From contig DATHJY010000013.1 in assembly GCA_035489575.1 (NCBI GenBank), positions 283,346-347,345 of the forward strand: DNA of 64,000 bases. Reading direction: 5' to 3'. Positions 49,301 through 55,478 of the stretch are shown in pieces (positions within the stretch are counted from its first letter, which is position 1; the number at the start of each line of letters is the position of its first letter). This stretch comes from Verrucomicrobiia bacterium (GTDB taxonomy: Bacteria > Patescibacteriota > Saccharimonadia > Saccharimonadales > JAGQNK01). The notes under the pieces were generated by a model. It saw only the letters and a program-made list of their open reading frames with translations. It ran no database searches and was not told the origin of the DNA. Position numbers and translations under genes: made by a program.

Positions 49301-49466
49301 TATCGTCACTTTGTGGTGGCAGGTGGATATAAAGCGGTACCATTTTAAGGCCACGCTCAAAATTTTTCTGTTCCCTAAATATTTTGCGAACCTGCATAAA
49401 TACGATGGGAGCAGTTAAAGACCCTACGGCCAGAAAGATTATAAATATTGTCAGTAGGGCGCCCAT
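46371..49466 (-). CDS. Membrane-anchored P-loop ATPase of the VirD4/TraD/TraG coupling-protein / HerA-FtsK type, with a ~270-aa Pro/Ala-rich C-terminal tail
   Basis: N-terminal TM helix (MGALLTIFIIFLAVGSLTAPIVF). Walker A is MYVVGQTGTGKST. FVDPHGD follows, and Walker B is LYVDEFQNF. The low-complexity tail (PPPAGGLPARAAGGRPAPPRPAAAPG...) is encoded at 46371-~47200. Confidence 0.7.
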   Translation of the reverse strand: MGALLTIFIIFLAVGSLTAPIVFMQVRKIFREQKNFERGLKMVPLYIHLPPQSDDIDLGSRDIRDIADENISKAQILYNIIASSLQKGFKSKFYGQRHFTFEIVGSKGFVHFYAAVPVALVDLVTQAVISAYPAARLEEASEHNIFSPVGKISGTTGGEFTLKENYAYPIATYQDIKRDAMVSLLNALSTLEKDDGVGIQFLMRPANPEWGKTASAMAGKKRKGKDSKSGFINNVAFWMKQLAVAFTKPPEDKDKGGPDKPELSSLEQAVLDSIDDKTRYPGYEVLIRVIASSNISQRSQAILGNIIATFSLFDAPGKNGFKFTPARDIEQFATAYIMRFFPQDSNQSILNSVELATLFHFPDQRSTPTSQLERQSSKQVDGPRNVSDEGLLLGYNIFRGAKKPIRIALQDRQRHMYVVGQTGTGKSTFLENLALQDMLSGEGFAFVDPHGDTAEKLLSMVPRERTEDVVYFSPADMDYPMGLNLFEFDSVDQQDFLIQEAINMLYKLYDPQRQGIIGPRYEHWFRMAAKTVMANPDGGTFIDIPKVFTDNKYAKDLLKHVKDQIVLDFWNKEMAQTSDYHKSEVLGWFVSKFGAFMANEMMRNIIGQSKSSFNLREIMDNKKILLVNLSKGKTGDLNSKLLGMIFVMKFQAAAMSRANVPESERKDFCLYVDEFQNFSTDSFATIMSEARKYHLNLIVANQFTTQLSEEIRDAVFGNMGSIVAFRVGQNDVDSLTRYFQPFFDGEDLLRVPNANTVVRTLINGVPTQPFSMATLPPLGNANPQLALALKQLSAAKFGRPRSAVASDIFARLATKESPRPAFGQPGPLGPPPAGGLPARAAGGRPAPPRPAAAPGSGSFLDDWLAKRRTSPAPVGSNTPAPPASHLAPPQQLPQAPVKPRVPQVAPVSPTAIERPMEPPKKANTAHQISKGPPEPGFPPVNKGTSIPPAPVEPQPKNNSTGGQTPGTLSRDALDAPAPPQTDQPQIQDADDDEDVAQLAAAQLNPKKDSNNDDTIYIDTEGTLHVRGVPDK

Positions 49467-49469
49467 GAT

Positions 49470-49901
49470 TTATTCGTCACTCAACTTCAAGTCTTTGTTA
49501 TAGCGCTTCTTTAAATAGTCAGACTTTAGTTTATTAAGCTCTTTGGTCTGAGTGTACGGATCCTGGCTAGTATGCGCTACGATCTGCTTTGCCTTCTCTA
49601 CCCACTCTTTCTCAATCAAGTCTGTGTCATCGGCCATCATTGGCACAGTGGCAGCTGGAGAGGTAATTCCTGTGGGTAAGATGCCACCCTGACCTTGTGG
49701 TGGTGCCATGGCCGCAATGGGAGCCGGATCGGGGCTTGCGGAAGGGTCTGGGGCGCCTTGCGCTTTTTCAACCGCAGCCGCCACCGCAGTCTCATGCACT
49801 GAGTCGTGTGGCGTGGTGCGCTCTTGAGCGTCCTTCTGCTCTTGGGTCGGCAGAGGCATCATTAAATCAGCTGGATCTTGTTCTTGGGAATCGGGCTTCA
49901 T
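49470..49901 (-). CDS. Hypothetical protein (143 aa): Pro/Ala-rich N-terminal half, conserved-looking helical C-terminus
   Basis: ORF track. It ends 3 nt before the ATPase start. The C-terminus is DLIEKEWVEKAKQIVAHTSQDPYTQTKELNKLKSDYLKKRYNKD. Confidence 0.55.
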   Translation of the reverse strand: MKPDSQEQDPADLMMPLPTQEQKDAQERTTPHDSVHETAVAAAVEKAQGAPDPSASPDPAPIAAMAPPQGQGGILPTGITSPAATVPMMADDTDLIEKEWVEKAKQIVAHTSQDPYTQTKELNKLKSDYLKKRYNKDLKLSDE

Positions 49902-49949
49902 AACTACGCGTAGTATAACAAAACACGACCCTTACAAACAGATGAGAAT

Positions 49950-50282
49950 CTATAAATCTATCTTACGCACATAGAAGGTTACGCTAGCTAGAAGCGCAAG
50001 CAATATTAAAAGGTCCTTGATAGATAGCTGATGCAGAGACTGCAGAATGATTAGCAAGACTATAAGTCCGCTCACTATAAGTGAAAGGTACTTTTTTTTC
50101 GGAGCGCTCACTGGGGCCGGCTGAAAGCCCACACTGGCGAATTGATATACCGTAACAGCCAACAAAATAAATGGAATAACCAGTAATACAAGCGGTAACC
50201 TGTACGGATCTGTCGAGAACATAAAAGTGAGCAACAAGATCGGTGTTGCACATAGATATATAATTTTTTTACCCTGTTTCAT
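49950..50282 (-). CDS. Small 4-TM membrane protein (110 aa), first gene of the ATPase operon
   Basis: Four hydrophobic segments (IIYLCATPILLLTFMF, LPLVLLVIPFILLAVTVYQFA, YLSLIVSGLIVLLIILQSL, LLILLALLASVTFYV). I recognise no family motif. Confidence 0.55.
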   Translation of the reverse strand: MKQGKKIIYLCATPILLLTFMFSTDPYRLPLVLLVIPFILLAVTVYQFASVGFQPAPVSAPKKKYLSLIVSGLIVLLIILQSLHQLSIKDLLILLALLASVTFYVRKIDL

Positions 50283-50523
50283 GCGCTCTCATTTCGCTTA
50301 TGTCCGACATGGGCAAAAAACACCGCCAACTTAAAAGCAGTGCTCTTATTCTTGGAGCCGGGACGGTAAATCCGCTCTTTATTGTAGAATATTTAGCGCT
50401 TACCGTCCTTGGCTTTGACTGACCGCTCTCATTACGAGAGCGATATCGGTTTTACCCGTAGATGTAAGTTTTTGTTTTTCAATCTTACGCTAACAATATA
50501 CTACTTTGATTCATAAATGTCAA
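50283..50523 (-). promoter_or_regulatory. Sigma-70-type promoter plus a ~205-nt structured 5' leader of the 4-TM/ATPase operon
   Basis: In the RNA sense: TTGACA (50518-50523), 17 nt, TATATT (50495-50500). The leader contains the hairpins CGCTCTC/GAGAGCG (50424-50442) and GGACGGTAA/TTACCGTCC (50361-50408). Confidence 0.55.
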
Positions 50524-51147
50524 TACCCAGCAGTTGTTTTATTTACTATACATATACTGTTAACAGGAGTTGAGATACTCAGAAGTTTTACAAAAATACT
50601 GTTGTTAAAAAGTTATCATTTTGAATGTAGCTAGTACTTGAAGCCTTACAAAAACTCGTGCAGATTCGAATATGAACCGTGTGGCTAGCGATTTCTAGCC
50701 AGCCAGCCTTGATCTTGACGGCCCAGTAGTGGATGGTTGCACATCGCAGCCCACACTAATCGTCCCAAACAAAACATTTTCCGACGTAGCAAACAGCCTC
50801 AGCCAGTGCAAAAAGACCAGGAAACCTAGCTAGCAATGAGATTTAAGGTGCAAGCCATACGTCGCTCTAACCAAGACTTCTTCGGGTTCAAGAGATTTGA
50901 GCCAATATGACTATAGCCGCCTACACGACCAAGGCCTGGTGTCAGTGTACATGGGAGGTGGCGGTGTTGCGCGTGACGAGCCCTCCTCTGCTACCCAGCA
51001 AGAAAGCTTACTATGGCATCTCCGTGCGACATATCTTTTCGGTTCGCAGCCAGGCTTTTTGAGTGAGTGTGAGGCTTTGTCGCCCTGCCCGCCTGGCAAG
51101 TTATGCACAGGCAGAAAAATATAGTAGGAAAATTAGCATGAGAACTA

Positions 51148-51176
51148 TTGACAGTGCCTTTGTGGCCGGCTAATAT
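51148..51176 (+). promoter_or_regulatory. Near-consensus sigma-70 promoter
   Basis: TTGACA (51148-51153), a 17-nt spacer, then TAATAT (51171-51176). Confidence 0.6.
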
Positions 51177-51182
51177 ATGCGT

Positions 51183-51349
51183 AGCACTTGAATAAAAAAA
51201 GTGCTCAAAAACAAAAACGAATCTGAAACAACGGCTTCTCGCAAGCCGTTGTTCCATAAAGACAACGGGTTCATTCATAAAAAATCCTGACAAAATAAAC
51301 GACAAAAACTTATCAGTAAACGATCTCCCGGCGGGAGATCGTTTTCATT
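51183..51349 (+). ncRNA. Candidate ~167-nt small RNA or terminator-controlled leader of the comM-like gene (unclassified)
   Basis: It is bounded by the promoter at 51148-51176 and a strong terminator, AAACGATCTCCCggcGGGAGATCGTTTT (51318-51345). It contains an 11-bp hairpin AACAACGGCTTctcgcAAGCCGTTGTT, with an alternative partner ACAACGGG downstream. Confidence 0.35.
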
Positions 51350-51381
51350 CTGGAGAGTTTTTTGGCACAATAGTCAACGTC

Positions 51382-52902
51382 ATGGGGGCAACAGTTAAAA
51401 GCATCTTAGATGCTGGCAATCAGGCGGTTTTGATAGACGTGGAATGTCACGTCTCTAATGGCCTGCCCACTATTCTGATTGTTGGATTTGCAAATAAAGC
51501 AGTCGACGAGTCAAAGGAAAGAATCCGGGGCGCATTCTCTAGCGCCAAGCTAGAACTACCCCGCAAGCGCATTATCATAAACCTCGCCCCGGCCGATGTG
51601 CCCAAGAACAGCACAAGTTTTGACCTTCCTATGGTCGCGTCTATATTGTTAGCAAGCGGACAAGTCGCCCAGCCGATACCGCACACAACGGCACTCATTG
51701 GAGAGCTAGGACTAGATGGAAACATCCGTGCAGTACGTGGCATCATCGGCAAACTGTTGGGTGGCCGTCAGAAAGGACTCAAGACCTTTTATATCCCTCG
51801 AGATAACTTGCAGCAGGCCATGCTAGTACCTGGGCTCGAGCTTGTGCCGGTCGCAACAGTCAGAGAACTTTACTTAGACTTGACGGATACAGTTTCCCTA
51901 AAACGTGTTCAATCTGGAGCAAAGATTCTGGCCACCGATAAAACCAATGTGCACTCTATTGATTTTGGTGATGTTGTCGGCCAAGCGCGAGCCAAGCGAG
52001 CACTGGAGATTGCAGCAGCAGGTGGGCACAATATATTCATGAATGGCGCACCCGGATCTGGTAAAAGCATGTTAGCCAAGGCACTGCCAACAATATTGCC
52101 AGACATGACAACCGAGGAGATGCTCGAGACTACTCACGTTCATAGCTTAACGAGCAAGGAGTACGAACAAATCATTACACAGCGCCCCTTTCGGTCGCCC
52201 CACCATAGCTCAAGTATGATTTCCATTATGGGTGGCGGGCAAAACCCTCGACCAGGCGAAATAAGCCTAGCTCATAACGGTGTATTATTTTTTGATGAAT
52301 TCCCAGAGTTCAATCGTGCCGTCCTGGAGGGACTGCGGCAACCACTAGAAGATCGAAAAGTGTCCATTGCGCGCGCAAGAGATACCGTTGAATTCCCTGC
52401 CCACTTCGTTCTTGTAGCTACGAGTAACCCATGTCCATGTGGCTATTACGGGTCTTCTAAGACCTGCATATGCCCACCCTATCAGATAGCTAAGTATCGC
52501 CAAAAGGTGTCGGGCCCAATCATAGACAGAATAGATTTGTACATCGATGTGGACGAGGTTAAGCACGAGCAACTTCTACGTGACAGCAGTCAAGAATCAA
52601 GCAGCTCCATCCAGAAACGAGTCGCCAAGGCACGGAAGCGGCAGCTAGATAGATACAGATCCGTGTCTAAACAAAATGCGACCCTAACCAACCGAGACAT
52701 AAAAGGTTTTCTTACCATACAGCCAGAAGCAGAAGAGCTCCTTAACCGAGCAGCCCAAAAGCTGGATATTTCTGCCAGAAGTTACATGAAAATCCTCAAG
52801 GTCGCGCAGACAATAGCAGACCTGTCGGCACAATCCAGCATACAGCCAGAGCACGTCAGTGAAGCTCTGCAGTATAGGCGACCGAGCAATCAAACTTTTT
52901 GA
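51382..52902 (+). CDS. comM: YifB/ComM-family Mg-chelatase-like AAA+ ATPase
   Basis: 506 aa. N-terminal Lon-like domain, GAPGSGKSMLAK, GVLFFDEFPEF, and the SNPCPCGYYG zinc motif. Confidence 0.85.
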   Translation: MGATVKSILDAGNQAVLIDVECHVSNGLPTILIVGFANKAVDESKERIRGAFSSAKLELPRKRIIINLAPADVPKNSTSFDLPMVASILLASGQVAQPIPHTTALIGELGLDGNIRAVRGIIGKLLGGRQKGLKTFYIPRDNLQQAMLVPGLELVPVATVRELYLDLTDTVSLKRVQSGAKILATDKTNVHSIDFGDVVGQARAKRALEIAAAGGHNIFMNGAPGSGKSMLAKALPTILPDMTTEEMLETTHVHSLTSKEYEQIITQRPFRSPHHSSSMISIMGGGQNPRPGEISLAHNGVLFFDEFPEFNRAVLEGLRQPLEDRKVSIARARDTVEFPAHFVLVATSNPCPCGYYGSSKTCICPPYQIAKYRQKVSGPIIDRIDLYIDVDEVKHEQLLRDSSQESSSSIQKRVAKARKRQLDRYRSVSKQNATLTNRDIKGFLTIQPEAEELLNRAAQKLDISARSYMKILKVAQTIADLSAQSSIQPEHVSEALQYRRPSNQTF

Positions 52903-52919
52903 CTTTTTGCAAAAGCTTA

Positions 52920-52948
52920 TTGACCCCTGTTTCTGTATCTGTTAAAAT
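52920..52948 (+). promoter_or_regulatory. Promoter of the infC-rpmI-rplT operon
   Basis: TTGACC (52920-52925), 17 nt, TAAAAT (52943-52948). Confidence 0.6.
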
Positions 52949-52987
52949 CTAGAGTAATCAGCGAATGTTAGAAAAGGAGAAAGTTCC

Positions 52988-53518
52988 ATCGACAAATTTA
53001 CCCGCCTGAATGAGGCAATTCGGGCAGCGAGTTTACGCGTAATTGATGAAGATGGGCAGCAGCTCGGAATTTTGTCGCGGAGTGAAGCCTTGAAGGCCGC
53101 CGAGCAACAAGGACTTGATCTGGTGGAAATATCTCCGGGTGCTAACCCGCCGGTAGCTAAGATCGTTGACTGGGGTAAATACAACTACCAAAAAACCAAA
53201 CAGGCCCAAAAGAGCAAACGAAACGCTAAGGCGCTCGAGATCAAGCAAATGCGTTTTGGGCTGAAGATAAGTGACCACGACCTAGGAGTGAAACTGCGTA
53301 AAGTTACGGACTTTCTGGACACTGGACACAAGGTGAAGATTACGGTATTCTATCGCGGCCGAGAGTTAGCCCACAAAGAGTTGGGATTTAAGCTTGCCGA
53401 GAAAGTTATCGAAAAGTTTGGCGAGACAGTTGTAGTGGAACAGAAACCCCAACTAGCCGGCAAACAGCTTAATTTTGTTATAAGGAGCAACAGTAATGCC
53501 AAAACTAAAGACGCATAG
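52988..53518 (+). CDS. infC: Translation initiation factor IF-3, probably starting at a non-canonical ATC codon
   Basis: The frame is open from 52958. AAGGAG at 52974-52979 is followed 8 nt later by ATC at 52988. The product (M)DKFTRLNEAIRAASLRVIDEDGQQLGILSRSEAL restores the conserved IF-3 N-terminus that the track model (TTG at 53072) truncates. Confidence 0.75.
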   Translation: MDKFTRLNEAIRAASLRVIDEDGQQLGILSRSEALKAAEQQGLDLVEISPGANPPVAKIVDWGKYNYQKTKQAQKSKRNAKALEIKQMRFGLKISDHDLGVKLRKVTDFLDTGHKVKITVFYRGRELAHKELGFKLAEKVIEKFGETVVVEQKPQLAGKQLNFVIRSNSNAKTKDA

Positions 53519-53693
53519 TGGCACCAAGGACCGCGTACGCATAACCAAGAACGGCAAGGCGCTACACGGTCACGCTACGAGCAACCACTTCTTGCAAAAG
53601 AAGAGCGCTGCCCGTAAACGCCGCTTTGCAGTACCCACACTCGTAAGTGGTAAAGCAGTAAAGAGTATTAAGCGAAAGCTAGGAGCTAAATAG
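53496..53693 (+). CDS. rpmI: 50S ribosomal protein L35
   Basis: MPKLKTHSGTKDRVRITKNGK is typical of bL35. Confidence 0.9.
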   Translation: MPKLKTHSGTKDRVRITKNGKALHGHATSNHFLQKKSAARKRRFAVPTLVSGKAVKSIKRKLGAK

Positions 53694-54038
53694 ATGCGTG
53701 TTAAACGAGGAGTAGCCTCACACAAGCGTCACCAGAAGATCCGCAAGGCTACAAAGGGCATGACCCGGGCTAATCGTTCTTCTGTGAAGCGCGGCAAACA
53801 AGCCGTCACCAAGTCCTTGCAGTATGCATACCGAGACCGACGAAATCGCAAACGTACTTTTCGTGAGCTATGGAACACACGTATTAATGCTGCAGCCCGC
53901 CTAAACGGCACAACCTACAGTCGCCTTATCTCAGGCCTCAAGAAAGCCAACATACAGCTAGACCGCAAAGTCCTAGCCGAGCTGGCCGTAAACGAGCCTG
54001 CGGCCTTTACGACGATAGTGAAGACTGCTCAGAAATAA
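53694..54038 (+). CDS. rplT: 50S ribosomal protein L20
   Basis: [18 protein letters not shown]...[22 protein letters not shown] is typical of bL20. Confidence 0.95.
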   Translation: MRVKRGVASHKRHQKIRKATKGMTRANRSSVKRGKQAVTKSLQYAYRDRRNRKRTFRELWNTRINAAARLNGTTYSRLISGLKKANIQLDRKVLAELAVNEPAAFTTIVKTAQK

Positions 54039-54093
54039 AGCCAGGTAGTGTGTCACTGGGATTGGCAGGCCTACCCAACCAACTGACAGACTT

Positions 54094-54124
54094 AAAAAAG
54101 ACACTCCGCTGGAGTGTCTTTTTT
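54094..54124. terminator. Bidirectional terminator shared by rplT (+) and rnpB (-)
   Basis: aaaaaaGACACTCCgctGGAGTGTCtttttt. Confidence 0.8.
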
Positions 54125-54126
54125 AA

Positions 54127-54557
54127 GACCAGATTATCCGTAAGCCGGGTTCTGTTCTAGCTAATCATCTATCTAGTTCCGCGGTTGCCCACGGAATCAA
54201 GCGGGTGTAGCAATGAACTCTGGCGGGACACCAGTCCCGTTTAGCGGGACGAGAGTCCATTTCCTTGCAGCAGACAGGGTTTACCTCTTCCCAGCGTCAC
54301 CGCGGGGAACTGTGGGCTCTTACCCCACTCGTTTCACCCTTACCACCGAAGTGGCAGTTTCGTTTCTGTGGCACTTTCCCTAGGGTTGCCCCCGGTTGCG
54401 GTTAGCAACTGTCTCTCCCTACGCTGCCCGGACTTTCCTCTTACCTACCTTTTGATCAGCGATAGTCGGTGGGTGAAAGCTTTCATTGCTAATGACACTC
54501 TTTGCCACCTTCTTCACTTGCCAAAAGGTAGGCAAGCGATTAGCCGATAATCTGGCC
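54127..54557 (-). ncRNA. rnpB: RNase P RNA (bacterial type A)
   Basis: The reverse complement contains GAGGAAAGTCCGGGCAGCG (P4 5' strand) and ACAGAACCCGGCTTACGGATAATCTGG (P4 3' strand plus P1). The 5' CCAGATTATCGG pairs with the 3' CGGATAATCTGG. Confidence 0.9.
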
Positions 54558-54584
54558 AGAAATATTATACCATAAACGGCATGG

Positions 54585-55277
54585 CTACCGCTGTTTTTTC
54601 GCCTCGGCGTCGAGTGTTTCGTTCACTTCTGCATCGGCGAGTTTATTGAGCTCGCGCGGCACGTGTGTGTAAGTGATTTTTTTGAAAGTCTTTGCCTGTT
54701 CTTTTATGGCTTCATGGATAGGCCAAAGATCCCTATTTCTTACCTTAAAGATGCCCTTCATCTGATTAACAACCAACAGGCTATCCATAAATACATCCAC
54801 CTCAAGAGCACCGAGCTTTTGAGCAGCCTCTAGGCCAAACTTGAGTGCTTGGTATTCGGCCTGATTATTCGTAGTAATACCAAGATATACGCCACTCTTG
54901 ATGATGATGTTGTCTTCTTGATCAAGAAGCACATACCCAGAAGCAGATGCCCCAGGATTGCCTCGAGAGCCACCATCGGCATACATCTTTATGTCCCTGA
55001 ACTTACCTACCGACACTTGAGGTATTTCTACAATGCGTTGTTTTCCGGTATAAAGCTCATCGATAAAAGTCGCGAAAGAGCGATCCTTATCTGTGACGGC
55101 GTTCCCCGCATCGTGGGTGCTCAACCATATCTGTACCTTGTTCCACTCATTGTGCCAGCGCGGATGGTGCTGACGCTCCTCGGCCTCGTGCGCAACCGCC
55201 TGCATGAAGGTAAAAGCTTGCGCAAAGTCCTTAAAGGCAAACTCTCGATAGAGTTCATTGTTCTGTTCTTGCCACAT
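54585..55277 (-). CDS. Fusion protein: pterin-4a-carbinolamine dehydratase (PCD/DCoH)-like domain plus RNase HI domain
   Basis: The N-terminal ~75 aa carry the PCD signature EERQHHPRWHNEWNKVQIWLSTHD. The C-terminal ~150 aa carry RNase H motifs YADGGSRGNPG, NNQAEYQAL, DSLLVV and HVPRELNKLAD. Confidence 0.75.
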   Translation of the reverse strand: MWQEQNNELYREFAFKDFAQAFTFMQAVAHEAEERQHHPRWHNEWNKVQIWLSTHDAGNAVTDKDRSFATFIDELYTGKQRIVEIPQVSVGKFRDIKMYADGGSRGNPGASASGYVLLDQEDNIIIKSGVYLGITTNNQAEYQALKFGLEAAQKLGALEVDVFMDSLLVVNQMKGIFKVRNRDLWPIHEAIKEQAKTFKKITYTHVPRELNKLADAEVNETLDAEAKKQR

Positions 55278-55436
55278 GTAGCCAGCCTAATACAAAAGTC
55301 GTCTTTTAGCCAGATGGATCGGTGAGTCAGAAAGTTTCAGGCCAAGTGGGACATATCCATAGATACGTTGAACGAGGCTGGGAGTTTCTGGCCACCAAGG
55401 CACAGGCTAGGAGCTATTTTGTATTAGGCTGGCTAC
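55278..55436. repeat. 159-bp element bounded by perfect 20-bp terminal inverted repeats
   Basis: GTAGCCAGCCTAATACAAAA (55278-55297) and TTTTGTATTAGGCTGGCTAC (55417-55436) are exact reverse complements. The left arm abuts the start codon of the PCD-RNase H gene. Confidence 0.8.
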
Positions 55437-55478
55437 AAAGTACTTCATTCTAACAGATTAGCTGATACAATTGCACGC

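Noticed and set aside
50283-50488. A fluoride (crcB) or guanidine riboswitch controlling the small 4-TM protein at 49950-50282, which would then be read as a Fluc or SMR transporter.
   Set aside because: The protein lacks the CrcB motifs and the conserved TM1 glutamate of SMR/Gdx proteins. The leader has no ACGR-loop hairpin pair and no fluoride-motif core.
50640-51130. tmRNA, SRP RNA or a cobalamin riboswitch in the GC-rich core. The features that prompted this were GATTCGAA near 50664, a GCAAAC... reading frame at 50789, and GCCAGTG..AGACCAGGAAACC.
   Set aside because: There is no GGGG acceptor start, no T-arm (5-bp stem plus TTCRANT loop) and no ACCA end on either strand. The candidate tag ANSLSQCKKTRKPS lacks the usual hydrophobic C-terminus. 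The SRP core (GGAA tetraloop with GGAAGCAGC) is absent. The B12-box resemblance is limited to a few bases in the wrong order.
54368-54550. A 60-aa plus-strand ORF.
   Set aside because: It lies entirely within RNase P RNA on the opposite strand. That RNA is identified by its P4 strands GAGGAAAGUCCGGGC and ACAGAACCCGGCUUA.
55278-55436. SRP (4.5S) RNA as an explanation for the 159-bp long-hairpin element.
   Set aside because: The end-pairing hairpin shape fits. However, the conserved apical motifs (AGGUCC-GGAA-GGAAGCAGCC and the symmetric loop) are absent in both orientations.
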